64,000 bases of DNA from a virus, in the IMG/VR virus record IMGVR_UViG_3300002141_000156, positions 67,121 to 131,120 of that record, one strand, 5' to 3'. The position numbers were made by a program, and so were the translations under genes. The notes below the pieces were generated by a model that made no database searches, had not been told where the DNA came from, and saw only the letters and a program-made list of their open reading frames with translations. Below, one piece after another: positions 27,736 through 37,591 of this stretch (positions are counted from its first letter, which is position 1; each line of letters opens with the position of its first letter).

Positions 27736-29327
27736 GCGGTCTTCTTAATCTTTTCAAGTATACTTGTGATTGCAGGTTTATATTCATCACCTTCTCCAGT
27801 ACAGCCGGTCCAGTATGCTTTTGCTAGAGTTGAAATATCTCCACCAAGTTCATCATCTAATACCGCATAGACATTCATTTTAGCATCAATCTTTCCATAT
27901 GCGACACTAACTTCTTTTGCCATTTCCGGAGTTAATCCAGTAATTAAAAGAGCAATTGAACACTCTTCTTGGTCAGTCGTGTTTCCAAACAGTCCGCTTC
28001 CATTTTTAAGATCAAGTAACATTGATGCAATATCTGATGCTCCTTGCTGTTTTGCGTTTTCAATATATGCACTTGGATCTGCAGCCATCGTATCATACCA
28101 TCCCATGGCTTCTGCACCCTTTGCTCCTATTCCAGGTTCTTCTGCTCCTTGTGGAGTTTCACCAGCGCTTGTGCCAATATCTCCAGCTTTTTTAGCTGCA
28201 AGAACTCCCATTGGAGTTAAATTAACTCCAGCAACGGTAAATAATTCAGTTGCTTTTGCCGGAGCAAGATATCCTGGTAAATTTCCAAATGATGTGAAAA
28301 ATTCTGCACCTTTTACTGGTTGTAAAACAACACCAGTCGCCTTTATTTCTTTAACCGTATGATTTACCATTTTTCCAGCTCTAGCATATTCAATGGTTTT
28401 TCCTGTAGATACTCCAATTTTTTCTAAAGCTGCAACCTGTTTTACTTTTCCTAATTTTGCAAATACTTTACTAAGTCTAGTTATTTCTCCAATTGCCTTT
28501 ACTCCCTTTCCTAAAGCTCCAACTACTCGAGTGGCTTTAACTGCTTTTACTGCTTTGCTTGCTGCATTTGCAATCTGGGCTCCTTTTAAACCTGCAGTAA
28601 ATGCGGCAGATCCTCCCCAAGTAACTACGATTAGAGCAACGTCTCCTAAAATTGTCCAAATATTTAATCCTCTCAATACAGATGGTTCAATCTTACGACG
28701 ATATAGATTACATGAAACTACTTCTCCATGTCCACCAAATTCCTCTTCCATAAAGTCTTGGATAGATTTTCCATATTTAGACTTAAATATTTCATCTAGT
28801 TTATCAAAATACATTTGTGGATCTACACTCTTTGCTGCAGCAATCTGTGCAAATGCTCCAGCAAGAGATGCAATTGTCTCTTCATCTGTTCCAGCATCAC
28901 CAGAACCATTTCCACCAAAGAAGCTTCCAATTGAACCAATTATTCCGCGTTCATTCCAGCTAGTGCCTTCGCCGGCGGACTTTAGTATTGCAGCTGCTAC
29001 TTCCATATCAATATCTCCCCATAGGAACTGGTCATTCATAATCCACATAAAAAATTTAGGAACACTCTTTACTGATTTGTCAACCTTTACAAATAGTCGA
29101 TCTTCTTCAGATATCCCAAATGCCGTTTTATCAAGGGACGTTAACTCATATTCTCCTTCATCGAAAGCCGTTAAGATTTCTCCAAGTTTCGTAAGAAGCT
29201 GGTCATTATCTAAATACCCTTTAAGTCGAGTGTTTAAATCGTCTGAAATTACAGCAGGTCCCTGTTCAAGAACAGGAGTTAGGTAATTTTCATAGATCTG
29301 TGCGTAGTTTCGTTTATCTAAAAACAT
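27732..29327 (-). CDS. Protein with two annexin-like repeats flanking a hydrophobic/basic segment
   Basis: DAGTDEETIASL...FKSKYGKSIQDFMEEEFGG and GNTTDQEE.SIALL...EVSVAYGK...VYAVLDDELGGD resemble the annexin GxGTDE...YGK.L...L..E.SG repeat. Confidence 0.6.
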   Translation of the reverse strand: MFLDKRNYAQIYENYLTPVLEQGPAVISDDLNTRLKGYLDNDQLLTKLGEILTAFDEGEYELTSLDKTAFGISEEDRLFVKVDKSVKSVPKFFMWIMNDQFLWGDIDMEVAAAILKSAGEGTSWNERGIIGSIGSFFGGNGSGDAGTDEETIASLAGAFAQIAAAKSVDPQMYFDKLDEIFKSKYGKSIQDFMEEEFGGHGEVVSCNLYRRKIEPSVLRGLNIWTILGDVALIVVTWGGSAAFTAGLKGAQIANAASKAVKAVKATRVVGALGKGVKAIGEITRLSKVFAKLGKVKQVAALEKIGVSTGKTIEYARAGKMVNHTVKEIKATGVVLQPVKGAEFFTSFGNLPGYLAPAKATELFTVAGVNLTPMGVLAAKKAGDIGTSAGETPQGAEEPGIGAKGAEAMGWYDTMAADPSAYIENAKQQGASDIASMLLDLKNGSGLFGNTTDQEECSIALLITGLTPEMAKEVSVAYGKIDAKMNVYAVLDDELGGDISTLAKAYWTGCTGEGDEYKPAITSILEKIKKTA

Positions 29328-29345
29328 GTGATATCTGTTATTTTT

Positions 29346-30452
29346 TTAAGCAGGTGTTACAGGAGCAGAAGGATTAATAGCTTTGGACATATCCTCTATT
29401 CCTTTCATAAAGGCAGCCTCTTGATCTTTACTTAATCCAGCAGTTTTTTCTCCAGGGTTTACTGCAGTTTCCGCAGGAGCATTTGTACCAAAAATTGATT
29501 TTCCATCTTTATAGAATAACATGGTACGAAGATTTTCTGGCGTTAATTCAGTAGACGCATATTCTTTTTCGTATTCATCAATTATTTTTTTTCTAAATGC
29601 ATCGTCTGTGAACATTTTCTCCAAAAATGTTTTATCTTGAACGTTTGTTATTTCAGAATCAGTAAATAGTGGAGTTGCAACACTTTTAGATATTTTACTA
29701 TCTTTTGAGTCAGCATCATCTAATGTAGTCGACCACATTACTTTCTTGTTTTGTGCATCATATGATACTGTTCCATTTGGATCCGATCCGTCTTGTGTCT
29801 TTGCAGTAATTGAACCATTTTCAATAAACTCCATCTTATAGAGTTTACTATTTGTTCGCATAGTATAGAGGAATTTTTTACCCTGTTCTTTCTTAGTTTC
29901 GGCATTTTCGGTTTCTGCTGGTTTTACTGGATCAGCAGCGGTCGGATCTGGAAGCTGTGCTTGATTTGCAGTATTAAGTAAATCAGTAACGATTGCTGGT
30001 GCAAGTGCTGAAAGAGCTTTAAAACTTTCATCATCAATAAATTGAATACCTGCAGTAACATTTGGATGTGCTGGTGCGCCGGCTGCATCATTTCTATCAA
30101 TAATTTCAAATTGAATCTTCTGTTTAGTTCTTCCAAATAGTTCGCCGTCTTTCAAAATAGTATAGACGATGAATTTTTTAGTAAAGAAAGAAGGTGTAAA
30201 TTGACCTATTGTCATTGTGAATTGATCTTCTTCATTAAAATAGTTCTTAATTGCCTCAATTCCAGTGGCAGTTAGTTTATTTGATGCGTCAATTACATCT
30301 AAATCATTAATTATCTTCATAACAAATTTAGTGTTCGATTGAACTTTATATGTAATTTTATGCTTCTTGCCAGAAGTAGGATCGATCATTGTATCTTTAC
30401 CTTTGGCAATAGCCTCGGTTAACGAGGACCAACTATTAAATGACTTAATCAT
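29346..30452 (-). CDS. Hypothetical late protein with CTS-like leader
   Basis: MIKSFNSWSSLTEA; late promoter at 30469-30475; N-domain similar to that of 41089..43242. Confidence 0.65.
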   Translation of the reverse strand: MIKSFNSWSSLTEAIAKGKDTMIDPTSGKKHKITYKVQSNTKFVMKIINDLDVIDASNKLTATGIEAIKNYFNEEDQFTMTIGQFTPSFFTKKFIVYTILKDGELFGRTKQKIQFEIIDRNDAAGAPAHPNVTAGIQFIDDESFKALSALAPAIVTDLLNTANQAQLPDPTAADPVKPAETENAETKKEQGKKFLYTMRTNSKLYKMEFIENGSITAKTQDGSDPNGTVSYDAQNKKVMWSTTLDDADSKDSKISKSVATPLFTDSEITNVQDKTFLEKMFTDDAFRKKIIDEYEKEYASTELTPENLRTMLFYKDGKSIFGTNAPAETAVNPGEKTAGLSKDQEAAFMKGIEDMSKAINPSAPVTPA

Positions 30453-30468
30453 GAAAAATACTTTATTT

Positions 30469-30489
30469 TATTTATCCTTGCGATAAATA
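30469..30489. promoter_or_regulatory. Divergent pair of late promoters
   Basis: TATTTAT (30469-30475, minus) and ATAAATA (30483-30489, plus) between divergent genes. Confidence 0.65.
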
Positions 30490-30506
30490 ATAAAAAGACT
30501 ATTCTC

Positions 30507-31355
30507 GTGAAACTAAAGAATTTTACAGATTATGCAGCATATTATTCAAAGGATCCAAAGAATTTTGAAAAACGGGTAGTTCTAGCGTGCTCTGAGAATT
30601 ATGGAGTAGCCGTATTTAAACATATCAAAGAGTCGTCAGAAACTCGAACACTAGGTTCAACAACTCCAGTTATATTATGGAATAATTTTAAATATCCGAC
30701 GACTGCGGTAAATGAAAGTTATATATTTAATACTAAATCAATTCCAACATATGAAGAACTTTGTGAAAAGTTTGATAGCAATCAATTTATCCCTAAATCA
30801 ACAACTGACCGTGCACAAGTTAAAGGTTTAAAATTTCCTATCACCGGAGTGGATGGCGATGCGTCTGAGGTCTTCAAAACATTTGGAAAATTCAGAAAAT
30901 CTGAAAGACACTTCCCAATATTTAGAGAAAAGAAGACGCCAACTACTAGGTTCGATGTTCTAGCATTTAAAGACAGGCCAATACATGTTCAAGAAAAAAC
31001 AAATACCTTGGGTTTTGATGTCAACCCAGCTCGCTTTAAATACTTAGATCAAGTAAATACAATAATAGAATCAATCTCCTCTGAATATCCACTAGATTTC
31101 TATCATCTTGGATTAGTTGAGTCCGGCGACACTCTATATTTAGATGCAATTTCAACTTCTCTAAACCTAAGTCCTTCACAAAGTATAAAAATGTACGAAA
31201 GCGCATACGAAGATTTCTATGTTGCCAAATTACCAAATTGGTTTAAAACCCAATTATTTGAAACATACGTAAAACCGTATTATAAGAAGAGATATTATGA
31301 CGCTGCTTTGCTTAAACCGAAGCATTCAATTGATTTTAAAAAATACGTAGGCTAG
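30507..31355 (+). CDS. ATP-grasp-like protein (apparently degenerate) with CTS-like leader
   Basis: FIPKST...LKFPI and FREK....RF.VL.FK recall RimK-type ATP-grasp; GTG start MKLKNFTDY. Confidence 0.4.
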   Translation: MKLKNFTDYAAYYSKDPKNFEKRVVLACSENYGVAVFKHIKESSETRTLGSTTPVILWNNFKYPTTAVNESYIFNTKSIPTYEELCEKFDSNQFIPKSTTDRAQVKGLKFPITGVDGDASEVFKTFGKFRKSERHFPIFREKKTPTTRFDVLAFKDRPIHVQEKTNTLGFDVNPARFKYLDQVNTIIESISSEYPLDFYHLGLVESGDTLYLDAISTSLNLSPSQSIKMYESAYEDFYVAKLPNWFKTQLFETYVKPYYKKRYYDAALLKPKHSIDFKKYVG

Positions 31356-31546
31356 TGATTATCATAAATTGTAACAATAAAAAAATAGACTCATGTCTTA
31401 AACTATATCGACAAAAAAGCGATCGATTAGGTATTGTTAGTGAGCTTCGAGATCGCAAGACCTTTAAGAAACCATCTGTTAAGAAGAGAGAAATTTTACA
31501 ATTAGCAAAATATAAGAATATAAAGTATGTCAATTCTGAACTTTAG
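31355..31546 (+). CDS. rpsU: 30S ribosomal protein bS21
   Basis: IDSCLKLYRQK....GIVSELRDRKTFKKPSVKKR matches the bS21 signature; GTG start. Confidence 0.9.
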   Translation: MIIINCNNKKIDSCLKLYRQKSDRLGIVSELRDRKTFKKPSVKKREILQLAKYKNIKYVNSEL

Positions 31547-32033
31547 TGAATATATCAACGAAGGTTACGAAGACATTAATTCTAAATTGGAAAAGAGGAT
31601 GGCGGCCGGCGTCGCAATAATCTATCAAAATAAAATATTATTGGTACACCCAACTGGCGGTACCTGGCAACGTGGAATTTGTGGAATCCCAAAAGGAAGC
31701 ATGGAATCTGGTGAAGAACCCATCACTGCGGCTCTTCGTGAATTACGTGAAGAAACTGGAATCATATTAGGAGCAAGTCAACTTGATCCCAGTCCAGAGC
31801 TAGTTAATTTTTATAGTAAAACTCGTAAAGTTGAACGACAACTCATCTATTTTATCTGTAAAATAGATAATCTTTCTGAGATCGGTTTAGAAACAGAAAG
31901 AATACCTAATCGTCAACTTCAAATCGAAGAAGTTGATTGGGCAAAATTTGTTACTCCAGAAGAAGCATATTCACTCACCGTGCGATCACAACTAATTATA
32001 TTAGACCGACTTCTTGTGTCAGGTTTGAGATAA
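31527..32033 (+). CDS. NUDIX hydrolase with CTS-like leader
   Basis: Nudix box PKGSMESGEEPITAALRELREETGI; leader MSILNFSEYINEG. Confidence 0.9.
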   Translation: MSILNFSEYINEGYEDINSKLEKRMAAGVAIIYQNKILLVHPTGGTWQRGICGIPKGSMESGEEPITAALRELREETGIILGASQLDPSPELVNFYSKTRKVERQLIYFICKIDNLSEIGLETERIPNRQLQIEEVDWAKFVTPEEAYSLTVRSQLIILDRLLVSGLR

Positions 32034-32056
32034 ATAAAAGAAAAGAATATCGATAG

Positions 32057-33610
32057 ATGTCATATCTTGTAAATTATAAAAACTGGAAGCGATTATATGA
32101 AGCAACATTTGCCTTTGATCCCAGTGGAAATTATCCAGATGAAACATTTGGACTTCCTACTGGAGGAGTAGACAGCGGTAAAGTTTCTCCAGGAGGAGCC
32201 GGCGGAGACTGGGATGGAAGTATGCAGAGAGCATTAGCCTTTGGTAAAATTGCAAATGAATTTGTTGGAAAAAATATAATTTCGTCTCAAAAAAGAACTC
32301 GAGTAAAAACTGCATCTAATCGAACTTCTGATCATTTTGATGGGCAGGATTTTACATATGCCGTTGACCTCGGCTGCAATTTAGAAACTGGTGATAGGTT
32401 ACTTGCACATTTAATGGACTGGTTTGGTCACCCTGAATACAAGGGTGGTACCTGGTTCAATGTAGTAAAGGACGGATATCGATATCAAGTAGGCTGGAGA
32501 GTACCAAATCACTTCAACCATATTCACGTAGGAGTTAAAAAACAAGACGGTAAGGATTCAGTAAGCGGAGTAAAGGTAGCTGCACCTGCCGCGACTGAGT
32601 TGACCGCAAATAACCAAGATATTAATATGACACAAATTCAATCTGGAGAAAAATTACTTAAGTCTGGAGCAACTGGCGATGTTGTCAAAGTAATTCAGAC
32701 TAAACTAAAAGAACTGAAATATTTTACTAAAGAACCAAATAGTGAATATGATAAAGACACATATAATGCAGTAAGAGCATTTCAAACTGATCGTCTTATT
32801 GGAATTGATGGTATCGTTGGACCTGCCACATATGGTGCACTCTTTGGTGTTCAAGTTGATCCCAAAGCAGTTGAGTTAACTAAAGTAGAAAGAGGTAAGG
32901 TTGAACTATCTAATGGTAAACTAAAATCTTCATATTCTGGAGAAAAGCAAAGAAATATTAATTTACTAATCAATGAGATGACGCGGCAGGGTATTACCAA
33001 TCCCTATTCTCAAGTTGGAATACTTGCTGTTATTGGTAAGGAGAGTGGTTTTATTCCTAAAAACGAAAATATGAATTACTCTAAAGAGAGACTACCTGAA
33101 GTATGGGGAGTATTTTCAAAGACTGGTAAAATGGTACCGAAGGGACAAGGTAAAGATAATTATAATGACTTGGCTGTACAATATGAACGTAATCCGGAAA
33201 AACTTGCAAATTTTGTATACGGTCAAAAGCCAAATGGAATGAGGACTAATGCTTATGGAAATACTCAACCTGGAGACGGCTGGAAATATCGTGGCCGTGG
33301 ATTTAATGGCATTACCTTTAAATCAGGATATCAAAAGTATGCGACCGCCACTGGCCTAGATCTAATAAATAATCCAGATATGCTAAATGACCCGGCGACT
33401 TCTGCAAAAGTTGCAGTTCTCTATTTCATAAACACCATAAAACCTCATGGAATTGATTTAAACTCTTTTACTTCAACTGAAGATGCAACTAGAGTCTTTG
33501 TTAGAGCAAATGCGGGTTGGGGCAGTGACCAGACGGTACAGTCCTGGGCATACGCAAATGCTGCTAAAATTATTCCAAACTTTACAATAGAGCCTGGAGC
33601 AATAGCATAA
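32057..33610 (+). CDS. Modular peptidoglycan hydrolase: Zn-peptidase-like N-domain + PG-binding domain + GH19 lysozyme/chitinase
   Basis: SDH....AVD...HFNHIHV; LLKSG..G..VK.IQ..L...AVRAFQ..GIDGIVGPAT; KESG...EN.NYS...GDGWKYRGRGF. Confidence 0.85.
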   Translation: MSYLVNYKNWKRLYEATFAFDPSGNYPDETFGLPTGGVDSGKVSPGGAGGDWDGSMQRALAFGKIANEFVGKNIISSQKRTRVKTASNRTSDHFDGQDFTYAVDLGCNLETGDRLLAHLMDWFGHPEYKGGTWFNVVKDGYRYQVGWRVPNHFNHIHVGVKKQDGKDSVSGVKVAAPAATELTANNQDINMTQIQSGEKLLKSGATGDVVKVIQTKLKELKYFTKEPNSEYDKDTYNAVRAFQTDRLIGIDGIVGPATYGALFGVQVDPKAVELTKVERGKVELSNGKLKSSYSGEKQRNINLLINEMTRQGITNPYSQVGILAVIGKESGFIPKNENMNYSKERLPEVWGVFSKTGKMVPKGQGKDNYNDLAVQYERNPEKLANFVYGQKPNGMRTNAYGNTQPGDGWKYRGRGFNGITFKSGYQKYATATGLDLINNPDMLNDPATSAKVAVLYFINTIKPHGIDLNSFTSTEDATRVFVRANAGWGSDQTVQSWAYANAAKIIPNFTIEPGAIA

Positions 33611-33656
33611 AACCTAATAGTTTTTCCTAGTAGAATATTTCAAAATATTTTATAAA

Positions 33657-34172
33657 ATGGAAAATACCGAAACCACAACATTAGGTGCAGAAGAAACTCT
33701 CGTTGCTACACCGGAAGTTACACCAGTTCAAGACGAGGCAATTGCTGAACCTATTACTGTACCACTAACTCCACAGGAACAACTAACACAATTGATTAAT
33801 CGTCGTACTGGAGAATTTGAAGTTCGAATTAATCATTCTGATTTAAAATTCCTTAAAAATACAATTAATCAAAAGGTTGAATGGAAAGGACCAAATGAAG
33901 CATACCTTGTAATTATGTCAGTTTTAACGATGGATAATACTTTACAGGCAATGGATCCAAAGGAGTCTACTCCTGTTAAAATTAAATTACCTGCATCAAC
34001 AATCGAATCAATTAATTTCTTCTTGACTAAGATTGGTGGAAAGGGTATTGACTCTGCACAGCGAGTATTTTCAGTATCAATGATGTTTCGTCAATCTATG
34101 GAGGCAATTCGTAAAATCGATGAAGAAATCAATTTGCTTAAATCTGAGTTGCAAACTGAGAAAACGAGCTAA
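33657..34172 (+). CDS. Hypothetical protein
   Basis: 171 aa ORF. Confidence 0.6.
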   Translation: MENTETTTLGAEETLVATPEVTPVQDEAIAEPITVPLTPQEQLTQLINRRTGEFEVRINHSDLKFLKNTINQKVEWKGPNEAYLVIMSVLTMDNTLQAMDPKESTPVKIKLPASTIESINFFLTKIGGKGIDSAQRVFSVSMMFRQSMEAIRKIDEEINLLKSELQTEKTS

Positions 34173-34206
34173 TTTATCTGATAAATAATAAAAAATTGAA
34201 TTAACA

Positions 34207-34605
34207 ATGAAAGTAAAGAACTTTGCAGGCTTTATGAAATCTCGCGTAAATGAAAGCGATGGAGCAACGATGGGAAATTATATCGGGTCCGAAGGTGAAT
34301 TTGACAGCCAATTCGGAGACATTAATCAATATGGTGATGGTGAAACAGAAGATTGGGGAGCAAATCCAGAGGAAGAGGAAGAAGAAAGCACAGAGGCTGA
34401 TACCGATACTCCAGAAGGAGAAGAAACTGAACCTGTAACACTTGATAGCTTAAAAGCTATGATTGAAGACTTAACTGAACGGGTTGAAAAACTTGAAGGT
34501 GGTGAAGAAGGTGAAGAAGAACCTAAAGAAGGTGAAGAAGAACCTAAAGAAGGTGAAGAAGCTACAGAAGGTGAAGAAACACCTGAAGAAGAGCCGGCAA
34601 AGTAA
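34207..34605 (+). CDS. Highly acidic protein with CTS-like leader (core/scaffold-like)
   Basis: MKVKNFAGFMKSRVNES, E-rich with EGEEEPK 21-bp repeats; late promoter at 34181. Confidence 0.65.
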   Translation: MKVKNFAGFMKSRVNESDGATMGNYIGSEGEFDSQFGDINQYGDGETEDWGANPEEEEEESTEADTDTPEGEETEPVTLDSLKAMIEDLTERVEKLEGGEEGEEEPKEGEEEPKEGEEATEGEETPEEEPAK

Positions 34606-34630
34606 TTCACAAACTACTATAATCAAACCT

Positions 34631-34666
34631 AAAACGAGCTATCGCATATGTGATCGCTCGTTTTTT
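34631..34666 (+). terminator. Rho-independent terminator
   Basis: aaaacgagc...gctcgtttttt. Confidence 0.65.
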
Positions 34667-34696
34667 ATTTTTAAAGAATTAGGATAAATAATTACG

Positions 34697-35134
34697 ATGA
34701 GTGAGTATCAACATAATAAAATCGTGCCTCTGTTTGAAGAATTCTGCAAGAAGAACCAAGTAGACGGTAAAGATATTGAAGTAACGCTTGCTGGCAAAAC
34801 GTTGCGATTAAGGGTTGCAACAACTCCGCAAAGCCAAGCAAAAGGATTTATGGGAGCGACCTCTGAGCCTGAAGAAGGTGAAGGAATTATTTTTATTTAT
34901 GATGGAAATCAGCCTCTGTCTTTTTGGATGAAAGACGTTCGTTTCCCACTAGATATTATCTTCTTTGATTCTGCAATGCAGTATGTTGGACACGAAACAA
35001 TGCTGCCGACTACTGGCGAAGCCGATCACAAACTACCACGATATTTTAGTAAAAAGCCTGCCAGATTTGCAGTTGAGGTGACTGCTGGTTGGTTCGATAA
35101 GTATGGTACCGAAAAGTGTGACCTTACTATTTAA
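34697..35134 (+). CDS. DUF192 family protein
   Basis: VA.TP..QAKGFMG, G.IFIY, SFWMKDV.FPLDIIFFD, A.FAVEV.AGW. Confidence 0.88.
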   Translation: MSEYQHNKIVPLFEEFCKKNQVDGKDIEVTLAGKTLRLRVATTPQSQAKGFMGATSEPEEGEGIIFIYDGNQPLSFWMKDVRFPLDIIFFDSAMQYVGHETMLPTTGEADHKLPRYFSKKPARFAVEVTAGWFDKYGTEKCDLTI

Positions 35135-35183
35135 TTAACCATCCCGATTTAGTATAATAGTAGTATATCAATGCTCTACTACT

Positions 35184-36467
35184 ATGACTAAACATTTCCA
35201 GAATCTTGCAGACTTCATCAGTGAGATGAATTCCTCAAATTCGACGAATCACAAAATCGATATACTTAAAAAGTATTCAGGTGATACGTTTATCTGTGAT
35301 GTATTGAAATATACATATCATCCATATAAACAATACGGCGTAACTTCTGCTAATCTTAAAAAGCGATCAGATCTTACTGCAGTCGTTGATGTATATGACA
35401 ATCTTTTCTATTTACTGGACGACTTAGCTGATCGTAATATTACCGGCCACACTGCAATTGAAGCTGTTAATAATTTTATTGCAAAATATTCAAAATTCGA
35501 TTATTTGATCTACCAAATAATCGATCGTAATCTTGAAACCCGAGCAACAACTAGTCTAATTAATCGAGTTTTTCCTGGACTAATTCCTACATTTGATGTC
35601 GCACTGGCCTATGATTTTACCAAAGTTAAAAAGGTCAACTTGGCCGACGGTACTTGGTATATTTCACGTAAATTAGATGGAGTCAGGTGTATAACGATAA
35701 TTAGAAATAACAGTATTAAATTCTTTTCAAGAAACGGTAAAGAATTTGAGACTCTTGGAAAAGTTCGAGAGGAAATAGAGCGCCTGGGGTTAACTGACTG
35801 TGTGTTAGATGGTGAAATATGTATGATGAATAATGATGGCACAGATGACTTCCAGGGAATCCTGAAACAGATTCAGCGTAAGGAGCATACTATTCAAAAA
35901 CCTAGATACTGGGTATTTGATTGCCTGACCCTTGAAGAATTTGATAGTGGCCGAGGAGAGGAGAAATTACAAGAAAGAAGGCAGCGACATATCTTTACTG
36001 ATTCAACAATTCTTGCAACACTACCTCAAACTCGAGTATATACAGAACATGAAGTACTTGATTTTAGACAAATGGCCAAAGCACATGGATGGGAAGGATT
36101 AATTGCTCGTCGTGATGTTGGCTATGAAGGTGACCGCACAAAGAATATGTTAAAGATTAAAGAATTTTTTGATGCCGAATATCGGGTAATTGAAACGATT
36201 ATTGGTCCACAGCGTGTTATTGTAAATGAACTTGAAGTTGAGGAAACTATGTTAAGTGCCGTTATTATTGAACACAAAGGAAATCGAGTTCAAGTAGGTA
36301 GTGGGTTTTCAATAGCTGAACGCCGTGAATATTATTCCCATCCTGAAAAAATAGTCGATGGTATTATCACAGTTACTTATTTTGAGGAGACAACTGATCA
36401 ACATGGTAACAATTCATTACGTTTTCCTGTCTTCAAGATAAACCACGGAAAAACTAGGAGTATATAA
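35184..36467 (+). CDS. lig: ATP-dependent DNA ligase
   Basis: KLDGVR adenylation motif, SRNGK, LDGEI, VFD, EGLI, LKIK, VGSGFS, SLRFPVF. Confidence 0.95.
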   Translation: MTKHFQNLADFISEMNSSNSTNHKIDILKKYSGDTFICDVLKYTYHPYKQYGVTSANLKKRSDLTAVVDVYDNLFYLLDDLADRNITGHTAIEAVNNFIAKYSKFDYLIYQIIDRNLETRATTSLINRVFPGLIPTFDVALAYDFTKVKKVNLADGTWYISRKLDGVRCITIIRNNSIKFFSRNGKEFETLGKVREEIERLGLTDCVLDGEICMMNNDGTDDFQGILKQIQRKEHTIQKPRYWVFDCLTLEEFDSGRGEEKLQERRQRHIFTDSTILATLPQTRVYTEHEVLDFRQMAKAHGWEGLIARRDVGYEGDRTKNMLKIKEFFDAEYRVIETIIGPQRVIVNELEVEETMLSAVIIEHKGNRVQVGSGFSIAERREYYSHPEKIVDGIITVTYFEETTDQHGNNSLRFPVFKINHGKTRSI

Positions 36468-36472
36468 TACGT

Positions 36473-36646
36473 ATGGGATTCAATAAACGATACTTACCTG
36501 ACCTTAAAACTCTTAAGCAGGAATATGCAGAAGCAGGTCACGATGAATTTTTTCGTATTCTGGACAAATATGATGCCGTAATTGGATCAAATAACTGCTA
36601 TGCATTTATTGATAAAGCAAGAAAATCAAACAAAAAAACAAAATAA
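36473..36646 (+). CDS. Small hypothetical protein (57 aa, absent from the ORF track)
   Basis: MGFNKRYLPDLKTLKQEY...KKTK-stop fills the gap between the ligase and DUF4494 genes. Confidence 0.6.
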   Translation: MGFNKRYLPDLKTLKQEYAEAGHDEFFRILDKYDAVIGSNNCYAFIDKARKSNKKTK

Positions 36647-36649
36647 CTT

Positions 36650-36850
36650 ATGTATTACACAGCAACTGTAAAATTTGAAACAATTGACGATCGTTCAGGT
36701 CGCACAAAAACAATTAAAGAACAGTATTTAGTAGCAGCAGAGTCAATCTCAGATGCGGAAACTAAATTGACTGCTCGATTTAAAGATTCTATTGCAGAAT
36801 TTGCAGTAGCCAGCGTTCAGGAATCTAAAATCATGGATGTTCTTAAATAA
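36650..36850 (+). CDS. DUF4494-family protein (Bacteroidota-type)
   Basis: Y...VK.E....GR.K.IKEQYLV.AES.SDAE...SV.ESKIMDV. Confidence 0.75.
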   Translation: MYYTATVKFETIDDRSGRTKTIKEQYLVAAESISDAETKLTARFKDSIAEFAVASVQESKIMDVLK

Positions 36851-36856
36851 GAAACA

Positions 36857-37168
36857 ATGCAAAAGTTACCAACCAATATTGCTGAGAAAGTATACGATGT
36901 TCTGACAAAATTTGCAGAAGCAAAGCCAGACTATTATTCAAGAGAAGTATTCATTTTCCATTTTGGTGTAATTCATGACACGCTAGATTCCTTTAAGTTT
37001 GAATGCATGGATGATGCACAGCGCACGTTTACCTGCAGAAATAATGGAACGATGTGGATTGATGGTAAAGGAAGCGATCGAGTAAATGCGATCCTTCGAA
37101 AAATTAGTAGCGAGCTGCATCCTAAAAAGCAACTCGGTGAATTTACAATAACTACAAATGCGGTTTAA
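36857..37168 (+). CDS. Hypothetical protein
   Basis: 103 aa in operon. Confidence 0.55.
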   Translation: MQKLPTNIAEKVYDVLTKFAEAKPDYYSREVFIFHFGVIHDTLDSFKFECMDDAQRTFTCRNNGTMWIDGKGSDRVNAILRKISSELHPKKQLGEFTITTNAV

Positions 37169-37589
37169 TGTTCCTATAACAAAAGATGCACAGTTCACGC
37201 AGGACGTATTCCAAGTCATGTCAGATTACCTTTCTGAGTTACGGGAAGAAGCCGGAAAGTGGCCAAATCGAATAACTTTTACTGGCTCAATCGGTCATGA
37301 AGTCTACCTATTTATTGTAGAAAAGGGCTGGGATTTCAAAGCATTTAACCCAACTTCCACAAATGGAGCAGGCTCCGATAAAATAATCTTTGATTTTTCA
37401 AAACCGCTTACTCAGATTGAGGATCGAGGTGCCACCATGTTTGACGATGGATTTAACAATCGACAAATAACGGGTATTCCTGGGCCAGCAACTATGCAGA
37501 AAATTATTGCAGCGTACTCTGCACCAGCATTTAAAATTGAACGGACGATTCGACCAAAAATCGAAATATTACTAACTAGACCTAGATAA
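37158..37589 (+). CDS. Hypothetical protein
   Basis: 143 aa in operon. Confidence 0.55.
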   Translation: MRFNVPITKDAQFTQDVFQVMSDYLSELREEAGKWPNRITFTGSIGHEVYLFIVEKGWDFKAFNPTSTNGAGSDKIIFDFSKPLTQIEDRGATMFDDGFNNRQITGIPGPATMQKIIAAYSAPAFKIERTIRPKIEILLTRPR

Positions 37590-37591
37590 CC

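Noticed and set aside
27979-29286. Long plus-strand ORFs (127 and 297 aa) as overlapping genes
   Set aside because: Antisense shadows of the A/G/K-rich gene 27732..29327; the same applies to 16751..17269, 26544..27128 and 42095..42889
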